This document shows, piece after piece, positions 15,092 through 23,085 of a stretch of DNA of 28,262 bases (positions within the stretch are counted from its first letter, which is position 1; the number at the start of each line of letters is the position of its first letter). Origin of the DNA: a virus (lineage: Duplodnaviria; Caudoviricetes); IMG/VR virus record IMGVR_UViG_3300036815_000031, positions 1 through 28,262 of that record; one strand, 5' to 3'. The notes below the pieces were generated by a model, which ran no database searches, was not told the origin of the DNA, and was given only the letters and a program-made list of their open reading frames with translations. The translations under genes were made by a program, and so were the position numbers.

Positions 15092-16470
15092 CGCTGGCCT
15101 CCTGCGTACGAGTGGCCGTTGAGGCCGACGAGCCTCTTGAGGTAGTTTGCCACATCCTGCGAGTCATCTGGCTGCTGTGACGGGGCAGCACTGGGGAGAG
15201 CCGGGGGAGCTGGCACCCAGCCGGGGGGCAGCGCGGGCTCCTGGGTCGCCTTCTCGATGACGCCCATGTCGGGAAGGCCGACCGCCTCCAGCACGTCGTG
15301 CGGGTCGAACCCGGCGGTGACGAGGGCCTCGGCGGACTGCGCCTTGGCGAGCAGCTCGGCGTTCGCCTCGCCCTGGTTCACCTGCGACGGGTCCTCGTAG
15401 TCGAACTCAACCTTGTCGTCGCCGAACATCGGCAGCAGCTTGCAGTTGAGGGTGTCCTTGCGGCGCTCCAGCCGGGGGATCGTCTGCCAGCCGGTGAAGG
15501 TGTCCTCGGCTGTCATCGCGTTGGCCCGATTCACGTCGTCCACGGTGCCGAGCATGTGCTTGTGGATGCGCCACGCCTCGCGCAGCTCGTCGCGGTTGGC
15601 GAGGCGCAGGTTGGTGTACTCCATGTCCTTGTTAGTGGGGGCGTCGCCCAGCCACTGCGCGCCGTTCTCCAGCACGCCGACCCGCCCGGCCCGCGCCACT
15701 CCCTGGTGGCCCTCGCGCCAGCGGTCAACCAGCTCGTCGAACTCGGGGTCGGTCAGCTTGTTCGGCACCATGATGATGCCGCCCGGCGTAGCGCCGTTGA
15801 GGAACAGGTTGCGCTGGTACTCGGTGGCGTACCGCTGCTGCTGGATGTTCGGCATGACCGAGCCGACCGGGCCTGCGCCACGGAACGGGTCGATCGGGTC
15901 GGGCAGCCGCTCCAGGATCACCTCTTCGAGGGTGAGCGGGACCTGCTCGCTGTTCGGCCCGGTGTAGACCCAGCCCAGCAGGTAGGCGTCCGGGTCGGTG
16001 ACGGGCTCCATCCGGTCGGGCCGCACGTACCAGGCCGATGTCGGCATCCCGAAGGCGTTGTCCCGGTTCAGGACCCAGAACGTCTCGCCGGTCAGCTCCA
16101 GGTGCTGGTTGCTGCCCTCGCGGAACTCGAACCCGGTGTGGAAGTCGTTCGGCTTGTTCCACAGCGACAGCGCGGCGTGGTTGATGACCTCGGTGCGCTG
16201 GTCGCTGCCCTGGTCGCCCGTGGTGTAGCGGCGGCGGCCGTCCTGCGGCTGCTTCTTGTAGAGGTGCCACCGGGGAGTGGCGGCGGCCTGCTGGAGCAGC
16301 GACACGATCGAGAAGACGGTGCCGGACATGCCGTAGGCGCGAAGCTGCTGGTACTTGGAGGCCGAGCCGACGCCCAGGTCGAACGACAGGCCGCGCCTGC
16401 GGGCCTGCGGCGACAGCGGGACCGGCGGTGCCGTCATCTTCGCCGTCATCCGGCGCAGTCCCGACTTCAC
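15088..16470 (-). CDS. Portal protein (HK97 family)
   Basis: KPN.F....EF.E....L.LTGE.FW, RPDRM, F.NGATPGGII, VLENGA.W, DMEY. Start at GTG 16470 preferred over 16530. Confidence 0.93.
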   Translation of the reverse strand: MKSGLRRMTAKMTAPPVPLSPQARRRGLSFDLGVGSASKYQQLRAYGMSGTVFSIVSLLQQAAATPRWHLYKKQPQDGRRRYTTGDQGSDQRTEVINHAALSLWNKPNDFHTGFEFREGSNQHLELTGETFWVLNRDNAFGMPTSAWYVRPDRMEPVTDPDAYLLGWVYTGPNSEQVPLTLEEVILERLPDPIDPFRGAGPVGSVMPNIQQQRYATEYQRNLFLNGATPGGIIMVPNKLTDPEFDELVDRWREGHQGVARAGRVGVLENGAQWLGDAPTNKDMEYTNLRLANRDELREAWRIHKHMLGTVDDVNRANAMTAEDTFTGWQTIPRLERRKDTLNCKLLPMFGDDKVEFDYEDPSQVNQGEANAELLAKAQSAEALVTAGFDPHDVLEAVGLPDMGVIEKATQEPALPPGWVPAPPALPSAAPSQQPDDSQDVANYLKRLVGLNGHSYAGGQR

Positions 16471-16552
16471 TTGACGGCCGCCTTGGGGCAGCCGCACGCC
16501 AGGCAGTGCCAGATGTGGCAGGCAGGGCACGGGCTGAGCCCGTGGACGGGCT

Positions 16553-16825
16553 TCACCCGGTGCCCGGTGGCTCGTCGTCGGCGATCATGTGCTCGACGAC
16601 CAGGAGCGAGATGCCGGTGACGACCCAGCCGATCATGTGCACGTAGTGGAACGCCCCGAAGTCGATCAGGCCGATGCCGATGACCGTGAGCGGCATGTCG
16701 ATCAGCCGCAGCAGCGAGGCGCGGTGAGGTGCGACGGCCGCAGTGACGGCTGAGGAGGCGCGCTTCCAGATGAAGCGGCCGGGCCTCGCCATGGCACGGG
16801 TGACCCCGAACGTCGCTGTAGTCAC
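16553..16825 (-). CDS. Small two-TM membrane protein between terL and portal
   Basis: LTVIGIGLIDFGAF....IGWVVTGISLLVVE hydrophobic hairpin. Confidence 0.75.
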   Translation of the reverse strand: MTTATFGVTRAMARPGRFIWKRASSAVTAAVAPHRASLLRLIDMPLTVIGIGLIDFGAFHYVHMIGWVVTGISLLVVEHMIADDEPPGTG

Positions 16826-16861
16826 ACGATGATCATAAGGCAGCTAAGTGACCTACAACAG

Positions 16862-18247
16862 CTAGAACCCGCCGCGCCTCGACGGCACCGTTGACGTGTT
16901 GAACGACCTGTACCTCACGCGCCCCACCAGGTCCATCTGTGCCACTGCGTAACGCATGGCGTCGCACCCGTGGTCGTTCTTCTTCAGCGGCACCTCGCGC
17001 AGGTTCTGCTGGCCGTTCGCCGAGGCGTCCCACACGTACTCGCCCAGCTCCTCCTCGGTGCAGCACGGCTTGCGGGCGGAGTCCAGAGCCGGGTCTCGCT
17101 CCACCAGGGCGTCACGGCAGATGAACAGGCGCGGCTTGCCGTCTCCCGCCTTCCGCAGTCGCTCGGCGACCGACTGGATGCCCTCGGACACGGCCTTGTG
17201 GGCAGGGACGGTCGAGCGGCCCAGGTGGCGCTCCAGGGTGGCGCGGTCCTCGGAGTCGTGGTCGCACACCACGGCGGTGAACGGCGGCTCCTGCCGCTCC
17301 TGCGACTTGCACAGCTTCAGGATCTGCCTGGCGTGGTCCTCGACCAGCGTCCGGGTCTTGTAGATCTCCCGGTACATGTAGAGGCGGCCGTCGGGGTCCT
17401 GCACCCACCACTGGGCGACGAACGGGTTGGTGTAGCCGAAGTCCACCGACAAGTAGCGCGGCCAGGCGTCCGGCGGGTGGGAGTGCCGGTTGAAGCGCGT
17501 GCTCAGGTGCACGGCCGGGTCGAAGCCGTCCCACACCAGCCCCTCGGCGGCTGCCCAGCGGCCGAAGCGCAGCCGCTCCCGCCGCACCCCGGTCAGGTTG
17601 TCGAGGCGGCTGAGGTAGACCTGTCCCTCGCCTGTCCACTGTCCCTGCTGGTAGTACCGGGGATTGTCCTCGTGCTTGCAGTAGACCATCCGGGTCTTGC
17701 CCGCGTCGCAGCGGCGCTTCAGCCAGTGGTGCGGCGGACCCGGGTTGCAGTCGGCGATGAGCTGCATGAACGGCGTGCGGCCGTACCGCAGCCGGGTGGT
17801 GATCTTCTCCCAGTCGTCTTCGAGCAGCTCGGTCGCCTCCTGCACGTAGGCGATGTCGTACTCCGAGGACATGATCTTGTCGGCCTTGTCCATCCCGCCG
17901 ACGATGATCTGCGACCCGTTCAGGTACACGTACGCGGCCGGCCGCTCCCGCGACCCGGAGTAGAACGTCACCTCGCCCGAGGCGAGGGCCTCGCGGGCGA
18001 CGATCTCCCGGTAGGTGACCAGGCCGGTCGAGGTGAGGCTGACGGCCGTCTTGCGCAGGATGACCGCCCGCATCCCCGGGTACCGCAGGCACATCGCGTG
18101 CACCTTCTCCAGGCACGCCCGGCTCTTGCCGGTGCCGGCCGAGCCACTGAGCAGAACCTCGGGCTCCTTGGCGCGGAACAGCTCGGCAGCCGACCCGGCG
18201 GGAGCGTAGCGGTGCACCGGGCGGGAAGCGATTGATGCCGGTATCAT
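16862..18247 (-). CDS. terL: Terminase large subunit (PBSX/SPP1-like)
   Basis: Walker A GSAGTGKS, Walker B IAYVQEATEL, coupling motif DCNP, nuclease motifs VDFGYTNP and NDHGCDAMRY. Confidence 0.97.
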   Translation of the reverse strand: MIPASIASRPVHRYAPAGSAAELFRAKEPEVLLSGSAGTGKSRACLEKVHAMCLRYPGMRAVILRKTAVSLTSTGLVTYREIVAREALASGEVTFYSGSRERPAAYVYLNGSQIIVGGMDKADKIMSSEYDIAYVQEATELLEDDWEKITTRLRYGRTPFMQLIADCNPGPPHHWLKRRCDAGKTRMVYCKHEDNPRYYQQGQWTGEGQVYLSRLDNLTGVRRERLRFGRWAAAEGLVWDGFDPAVHLSTRFNRHSHPPDAWPRYLSVDFGYTNPFVAQWWVQDPDGRLYMYREIYKTRTLVEDHARQILKLCKSQERQEPPFTAVVCDHDSEDRATLERHLGRSTVPAHKAVSEGIQSVAERLRKAGDGKPRLFICRDALVERDPALDSARKPCCTEEELGEYVWDASANGQQNLREVPLKKNDHGCDAMRYAVAQMDLVGRVRYRSFNTSTVPSRRGGF

Positions 18248-18294
18248 CGTTCCTGCCTCGTTTTCTTCCTTAGTCGGATCAATGGCACCGAGGC

Positions 18295-18330
18295 AGAGAG
18301 CCCCGTTACCCTCCGGTGACGGGGCTCTCT
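18295..18330. terminator. 16-bp hairpin upstream of terL
   Basis: agagagccccgttacc-ctcc-ggtgacggggctctct with one wobble/mismatch. Confidence 0.7.
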
Positions 18331-18341
18331 AACTGCGGTGG

Positions 18342-18536
18342 TCACCCGAGCGCGGCCCGGACCATGCAGTCCTTGGCCTCCAGCAGCTTGCGGAGCCCGG
18401 CGGTCAGCTCAGGCCCGTCGAAGTCAGCCGCACACTGGTGCGCCAGCTCGCCGAACGGAGCAGAGACCCTTTGCAGGTGCTCGGGCAGGTGCCCGGTGTC
18501 GAAGTGCCGAAGGATGGCCTCAGTCGAGGGATGCAC
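18342..18536 (-). CDS. Small helical-hairpin protein, possibly Acb2/Tad1-like
   Basis: GGAGG RBS; ILRHF...HLP.HL..VS.PF..LA......DGPEL..GLRKLLEAKDC.VRA. The gene is well supported; the family call is from memory only. Confidence 0.7.
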   Translation of the reverse strand: MHPSTEAILRHFDTGHLPEHLQRVSAPFGELAHQCAADFDGPELTAGLRKLLEAKDCMVRAALG

Positions 18537-18599
18537 AGCTTTTCCTCCATGTCGATGGTCAGCCAGTAGTCGCGGCTGTCCAGCAAGGCTGCCAGGTGC

Positions 18600-19118
18600 T
18601 TAGCCTCCTGCGGGGTCAGTACCAGCTTCTGCACCGGCCGCCTCCGGGAAGCACTCGTCCACGTCGATGCCGACCAGCTCGTGCCGCACCGTGCCGCCGA
18701 TGGTTAGCTGGGACTTGTTTGGGATGTCGCCCAGCTCGTCGGCCACCGCCCGCAGGATCGCCGCCCTGGTCTTCACGTGCTCGTAGTGATTGCTGTAGAA
18801 CTCGTTCGCCAGGCTGGCCTCGTACTCGCCCTGGTAGGCAGCCAGCCGGTTGTCCTTCGAGGAGATCCACAGCCCGGCCAGGGCCTCGTCCACGTGTCCC
18901 CGGATCTGGTCGATCTCCCACCTGTACCGCTTGGCGAACTGCGTGATCGCCTGCGGTGAGACGCCGTACCGGCGGGCCAGCACGGTGCGCTTGACCTCGC
19001 CGGTAGCGAGCGCCTTCTGGAGTTCGACGTACCTGTGGCGCGGGATGTGGTTCGGAGCCGGTTCACCTGAGCCTTCAACGGCTGCGTCGGGTCCCTGCTC
19101 CGGTCCCGGTGAGTCCAC
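18600..19118 (-). CDS. terS: Terminase small subunit
   Basis: HTH LARRYGVSPQAITQFAKR, helical middle region, C-terminal beta strand TIGGTVRHELVGID. Upstream of terL. Confidence 0.75.
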   Translation of the reverse strand: MDSPGPEQGPDAAVEGSGEPAPNHIPRHRYVELQKALATGEVKRTVLARRYGVSPQAITQFAKRYRWEIDQIRGHVDEALAGLWISSKDNRLAAYQGEYEASLANEFYSNHYEHVKTRAAILRAVADELGDIPNKSQLTIGGTVRHELVGIDVDECFPEAAGAEAGTDPAGG

Positions 19119-19209
19119 GTCGCCTCGCGTCCTTCCAGCTCTTCACGGGCACCGGCTTCGTCATCGACTCGGCCAGCTTCCTGATGTTCAGCTTCTTGCG
19201 GTTGCTCAC
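19075..19209 (-). CDS. Small basic protein, 44 aa (absent from the ORF track)
   Basis: GTGA overlap with the upstream stop. MSNRKKLNIRKLAESMTKPVPVKSWKDARRRGLTGTGAGTRRSR, with high GC3 until it overlaps terS. Confidence 0.55.
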   Translation of the reverse strand: MSNRKKLNIRKLAESMTKPVPVKSWKDARRRGLTGTGAGTRRSR

Positions 19210-19430
19210 CAGTAATGCAGCTCCTCGGCCAGCGCCCGGAACTCGCGGGCGAGCACCAGCTTGTCCTCGATGAACTCCGGCAGTGCCCCGTCCGGTTCCA
19301 GCACGTCCCGCTCGTAGTCGGCGGCCTGCTGCTCCAGGGCGGCAGCACGGGCGAGGTAAGACCGCTCTACCGGGACCACGGAGGCGTCCAGGTGGGTCTT
19401 GCGCTGGGGACGGCGCTGCGGCTCGGCCAC
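19206..19430 (-). CDS. Hypothetical helical protein
   Basis: 74 aa, coupled at both ends, high GC3. Confidence 0.7.
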   Translation of the reverse strand: MAEPQRRPQRKTHLDASVVPVERSYLARAAALEQQAADYERDVLEPDGALPEFIEDKLVLAREFRALAEELHYW

Positions 19431-19681
19431 TACATGCCCTTGGGGACGAAGCGGCCGTCGGGACCGCGACGCCGGGCCGGGAGGGCGCTGCCCATCCGGG
19501 CGCTGGCGGTGAAGGCAGCCGGGCGGGTTACCTCGGCGGCGGCGGACAGCAGCGGATTCGGGCCGGTGACCCGGATGCCGTACTCCTTCTCCGGAGCGCC
19601 CATGACCGGCTGGGCGACCAGCTCGGTGGTGGCATCGACGACGACGGTCTTCGGCTGGCGGCTGGTGAAGGGAATCCTCAC
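19430..19681 (-). CDS. Hypothetical protein with C-terminal RGPDGRF motif, 83 aa
   Basis: GTG 19681 overlaps the upstream TGA and follows AAGGAG. An R-x-x-x-GRF motif is common in small phage DNA-binding modules. Confidence 0.65.
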   Translation of the reverse strand: MRIPFTSRQPKTVVVDATTELVAQPVMGAPEKEYGIRVTGPNPLLSAAAEVTRPAAFTASARMGSALPARRRGPDGRFVPKGM

Positions 19682-19872
19682 GACTGCTCTCCTTCTGCGG
19701 TGGCTTCCATCTGGGCCTGGGCGTTGAACGCGGACCCGGGGCTGAAGCGCAGGCACTGGTCGATGCAGTAGGCGGCCTGGGCCGACGCTGACCGGCGGTT
19801 CGCCCGCGCCTCAGCCTGGAGCGCCTCGAACAGCGGGTCCTCCAGGGAGATGGTGAAGCGGTGGACTGACAT
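19678..19872 (-). CDS. Ribbon-helix-helix (Arc/CopG-like) regulator
   Basis: HRFTISLEDPLFEALQAEARANRRSASAQAAYCI matches the Arc-like pattern (strand, helix, RS-helix). Confidence 0.85.
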   Translation of the reverse strand: MSVHRFTISLEDPLFEALQAEARANRRSASAQAAYCIDQCLRFSPGSAFNAQAQMEATAEGEQS

Positions 19873-19875
19873 GTC

Positions 19876-19898
19876 CACCACTATACACCACTGTGGTG
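19876..19898 (-). promoter_or_regulatory. -10 TATAGT (19885-19880) flanked by CACCAC boxes; probable leaderless autoregulated promoter
   Basis: TATAGT lies 7 nt before ATG 19872. Palindrome caccac-t-gtggtg at 19886-19898 plus a direct copy at 19876. Confidence 0.65.
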
Positions 19899-19904
19899 CA
19901 GACT

Positions 19905-20189
19905 TCAGCCAGTGACACCAGCGGACGGCGCGACGGGCTGCGGGGCGGTCACCGGGGCGGGAGTCGCGGCGTCCTCGGGCTTGTAGATCTCCTCCAGGCC
20001 CGCCAGGAGCTGGGTCACCAGGGCCAGGCCGGACGGCGGCACGTGCAGCGCGGACAGCAGGGCGTCCACCACCGGGTTGCCTTCGAGGGCCTCGATCCTC
20101 GGGATCGCGGGGGCCAGCTTCGCCTCCAGCTCCTGCGCCTTCTGCTTGAGCAGCCCAAGCTCGGTCTGCACCTCGGACACAAGCGACAT
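19905..20189 (-). CDS. Hypothetical coiled-coil protein
   Basis: 94 aa, strong GAGGAG RBS, high GC3. Confidence 0.8.
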   Translation of the reverse strand: MSLVSEVQTELGLLKQKAQELEAKLAPAIPRIEALEGNPVVDALLSALHVPPSGLALVTQLLAGLEEIYKPEDAATPAPVTAPQPVAPSAGVTG

Positions 20190-20289
20190 CTCTTTCTCCT
20201 CACCCGGTGACAGCAGTACCTTCGATACCTACATCATGCACCGTAACGGTGATTCCCGGGAACCTCCCGTATCACTGGGGCCACCTGGG

Positions 20290-20334
20290 GAAAAGAGGAG
20301 CGGCAACCCGGCCGGGGAGGTCGCGGGCTGCCGC
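20290..20334 (-). terminator. Intrinsic terminator after the early operon
   Basis: Minus strand gcggcagcccg...cgggttgccgc stem followed by tcctcttttc. Confidence 0.65.
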
Positions 20335-20353
20335 CTGGAAAAGGACACTAGGG

Positions 20354-20662
20354 CTATCCGAGGAGGTCGTCCATGCCTTCCACGGAGACGGTCAGCGGCT
20401 GCCTCATGGTGGCCCGGATCACCTGGTGGCCGGCCATCACCGCCTCGATCTCCCAGTTGCCCGGCAGCACCATCGTGCTCATGTGCAGGGGAGGGCGCTT
20501 GAACGACCCGGGGGTGCGCGGGACCTCCTGCTGGTGACTCAGGCAGGCGTAGGCGTAGACGCCGCAGTGGCACAGCATGGTGCCGTGCTCGCAGACGACG
20601 AGCAGCCGCTCCTCCAGGATGCCGAACTCGTGGTCGCACACGGCGCAGGTCTTGTAATCCAT
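20354..20662 (-). CDS. Cys/His-rich putative zinc-binding protein, 102 aa
   Basis: ATG 20662 after GAGG. CxxC, CxH, CxC and CxxH motifs. Confidence 0.7.
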   Translation of the reverse strand: MDYKTCAVCDHEFGILEERLLVVCEHGTMLCHCGVYAYACLSHQQEVPRTPGSFKRPPLHMSTMVLPGNWEIEAVMAGHQVIRATMRQPLTVSVEGMDDLLG

Positions 20663-20782
20663 CTCAGTGGCCTCTCTGGCTCCGGGAGGTGATTCCCTCC
20701 TCACTGCTTCCCTGGTGCAATCCGGTGCAATCCGGTCTCGGGAAGGTAACGATCTTTCGAGTTCCGCGTTCGACCGGAACTG

Positions 20783-21080
20783 CCTTCCCCCACCTTTCCC
20801 CCGCACAACCTGACTGATTACCGGCCATGAGCTGCCGCTATCCACTGAGGGGGAAGGGGGAAGCGGGGGGAAGGCGTTTTTACATCCCTCTCTCCCGGTT
20901 CCAGTCGGCTGCCCAGTTACGGTGAGTAGCTAGCTAGTAACAAGAGATAAGAGCCTCGCGCGAGTCAATCTAGAGACCTTCCCCCACCTTCCCCCTTCCC
21001 CCTCCTGAAGTAAGTACAGGTCAGAGGATTAAGTAGAATTACTGAGTGGGGGAAAGGTGGGGGAAGGTACCTTCCCCCAC
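20783..21080. repeat. Putative replication origin: 11 TTCCCCC iterons in mirror symmetry around a lower-GC core
   Basis: Exact 20-bp inverted repeat at 20783-20802 / 21048-21067; 28-bp inverted repeat with 2 mismatches at 20847-20874 / 20977-21004. Immediately downstream of the rep-like gene. Confidence 0.8.
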
Positions 21081-21090
21081 TAACTTTGTT

Positions 21091-21768
21091 CTAATGAATT
21101 GGCGGCTTGAAGCCGTCGGTGCCGTGCCTCCTGGAAGGCGAGAACCCGAGGGAGCGCAGCGCCTCGTAGAAGTCCTTCGGCTGCCCCGGGTGCTGTCCGG
21201 TCCCGTCGCACTTGCACCAGATCTCGTAGGCCGTCCACAACTCGACGCGCTTGATCCAGTCCTTGCCCTTGAGCTGGCTGGCCATGGTCCCGAGCCAGCG
21301 CTCCACCCGGTAGCTGATCAGCTCCTCGCGCTCGGCGGCGCGTGCCGCCTTGTCGGGGAAGAAGCGGTCGGCCGCCCTGGCGCACTCGTCGGACAGACCC
21401 GGCATGGACAGCTCGGTGATGGCGTCCAGCAGGTCCGGGATCTCGCCGGTCACGGCCCAGCCGTGGATCACCTCGTCCTGCCCGGACAGCAGGTCGTCGC
21501 CCTCGTCGCCGAAGTCCTCGTTCATGCCGGCCCAGAAGTCCACGTCGGTGGCGATGCTCTCGGCGAGCAGCTTGCGGGCGTCACCAGTGGGCAGCTTCAC
21601 GTTACCCCGGACGAACTCGCGGAACTGGCGCTTGCCCTTGTCGGACAGGATCGTCGCGCCGAGCATCTCCTGGGTGGCGGTGAAGAAGGCCCTGGGGTAC
21701 CAGGAGAAGTCGCTCCTGACGTTGGTGCGCTCTGCGTGGTCGAAAGTGGTACCAGAGAACTCGCTCAT
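21091..21768 (-). CDS. Replication initiator-like protein with C-terminal D5/P4-primase-type winged helix
   Basis: VERWL...ELWTAYEIWC..DG.....KDFYEALRSLGF...R..GTDGF resembles the C-terminal origin-binding domain of D5/P4 primase-helicases. No Walker A motif. AAGGA RBS. Confidence 0.7.
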   Translation of the reverse strand: MSEFSGTTFDHAERTNVRSDFSWYPRAFFTATQEMLGATILSDKGKRQFREFVRGNVKLPTGDARKLLAESIATDVDFWAGMNEDFGDEGDDLLSGQDEVIHGWAVTGEIPDLLDAITELSMPGLSDECARAADRFFPDKAARAAEREELISYRVERWLGTMASQLKGKDWIKRVELWTAYEIWCKCDGTGQHPGQPKDFYEALRSLGFSPSRRHGTDGFKPPIH

Positions 21769-21923
21769 GGTATCCTTCTCATGTAGAAGTGAGTAGTTTC
21801 ACGGACATATCGGCCGCCCTGGCAGGGCTGGGAACCCTGCCGCCAAGGGGCGGCCGACGTGTTTCCCGGTTCAACCCTTCGCCGCTAGAACCCGGTGGTT
21901 TCCGGTCACGGCGGGGTAACGGT

Positions 21924-22229
21924 TCAGACGGCCTGTGCCTCGTCTCTCTGCTCGGTCAGCTCGCGGTTGACGCTGACGTCCTCGCCGTTCCCGGCCGCCA
22001 GCACCGGGCGGGGCTTCAGGAAGGCGCGCAGGTCCGTCTCCAGCCAGGCGCACGCCCGGCCGATCACGTCGGCGCTCATCCCCTGGCCCGCTCCCCACTG
22101 GGTGAACGACGGCGGGCTGACGCCGAGCACGTCGGTCACCTGCCTCCGGCTCATCCGCTGTGCACGGCGCTTGCGGTCAAGGGCCGTGTAGAGCGCCTCG
22201 GTGTCGATCGTCAGATCGGAGATGGCCAC
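21924..22229 (-). CDS. XRE/Cro-like HTH regulator
   Basis: LD.KR....MSRRQV...LGVSPPSFTQW..G..MSAD....C.WL; GGAGG RBS. Confidence 0.88.
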   Translation of the reverse strand: MAISDLTIDTEALYTALDRKRRAQRMSRRQVTDVLGVSPPSFTQWGAGQGMSADVIGRACAWLETDLRAFLKPRPVLAAGNGEDVSVNRELTEQRDEAQAV

Positions 22230-22363
22230 CTGGCCTCCCTTCCTCCTGTGTAGCGTGGATAACTTATGTGGCCTACGTTACCGTAAAGTGGGCCTTGCCG
22301 TAAGATGTTAAGCGTGCTTAAATAGGGGAGTCAGCGAGAAGATACCGAAGGGGCTGAAGTTAC
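22230..22363. promoter_or_regulatory. Divergent promoter region with candidate operator
   Basis: AT-richer region. Plus-strand TTACCG-17-TAAGAT (22278-22306); palindrome TTAAGC-gt-GCTTAA (22308-22321). Confidence 0.65.
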
Positions 22364-22564
22364 GTGAGCAGCACACTGATCCAGGTGATCATCTCGGTCG
22401 GCTCGTGCGCCGTGATCGGCGGCGTGGCGTTCCTGTGGTACCCGTGCCAGAAGTGGCTGAGGTCCATCCGGCACAACACGGCAGCCACCCGGCAGGCGAC
22501 GACGGCCATGAACGAGGCGGCGCACACGGCGGCGCGGTACGCGCCGCGCCACAAGGCGGTGTGA
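22364..22564 (+). CDS. Small single-TM membrane protein
   Basis: TLIQVIISVGSCAVIGGVAFLWY TM segment followed by a basic helix; high GC3. Confidence 0.7.
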   Translation: MSSTLIQVIISVGSCAVIGGVAFLWYPCQKWLRSIRHNTAATRQATTAMNEAAHTAARYAPRHKAV

Positions 22565-22565
22565 G

Positions 22566-22838
22566 GTGGCGCGCCGGGGCAATCGGCGCGCCCCTCACCA
22601 CATCGTACCGAGCCGCGCCACCGTGCCAGGCGCGGACTACCGCGCCATGTACGCGCGCCAGTACTGGTACTGGTACGCCGCGCCAGGGTGCTCAGTCCTG
22701 GCACGCGGCGCGCCATGGCTCGCGCCAGCGTGCCGCGCCAGTGGCGCGCCACCCGCGCCAAGGGAAGTGGCACGGTGCGCCAGCCGGGTGTACCAGACCG
22801 GCGCGCCACCAGGTGGCACAGCGCGCCAGTCCACGTGA
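22566..22838 (+). CDS. Doubtful 90-aa ORF overlying the repeat array
   Basis: Fills the gap between plus-strand genes, but its A/R/P composition is dictated by the DNA motif. Confidence 0.35.
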   Translation: MARRGNRRAPHHIVPSRATVPGADYRAMYARQYWYWYAAPGCSVLARGAPWLAPACRASGAPPAPREVARCASRVYQTGAPPGGTARQST

Positions 22839-22863
22839 CCTGGGTAAACAGGAAGGAGAACTG

Positions 22864-23085
22864 ATGGAGGTACTGACCGAGCGCCTGGCGCAGATGACCG
22901 TGGCGCAGCGCTGGCGCGTACTGGCGCGCCTGGCGCAGAGCGCACCACTGGAGCTGGCGCGTGCCATCGACGAGGTGGCACAGGCGCGCCACAGGGACGT
23001 GCCGTGCCAGGTGCTGACCCTCGGGTACGAGAGCGTGCCACCCGGCGCGCCAGAGGGTGGCGCGCCAGTTAGCGGCGCAGCCTGA
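22864..23085 (+). CDS. Hypothetical protein, 73 aa
   Basis: ATG 22864 after AAGGAG; TGATG coupling to the next gene. The track start at 22405 is over-extended. Confidence 0.7.
   Translation: MEVLTERLAQMTVAQRWRVLARLAQSAPLELARAIDEVAQARHRDVPCQVLTLGYESVPPGAPEGGAPVSGAA

Noticed and set aside
12048-18235. Long plus-strand ORFs (12048..14195, 14108..15145, 15298..16620, 16970..18235; also 3842..5068 and 26193..27962)
   Set aside because: These are antisense shadows of high-GC3 minus-strand genes, with no motifs or RBS.
20663-20845. N-terminal extension of the Cys-rich ORF
   Set aside because: It runs through the iteron region with poor codon usage; there is a better start with RBS at 20662.
20780-21080. 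G-quadruplex as the main explanation of the G5 runs
   Set aside because: The runs alternate strands in groups of two or three with mirror symmetry, which fits protein-binding iterons better.
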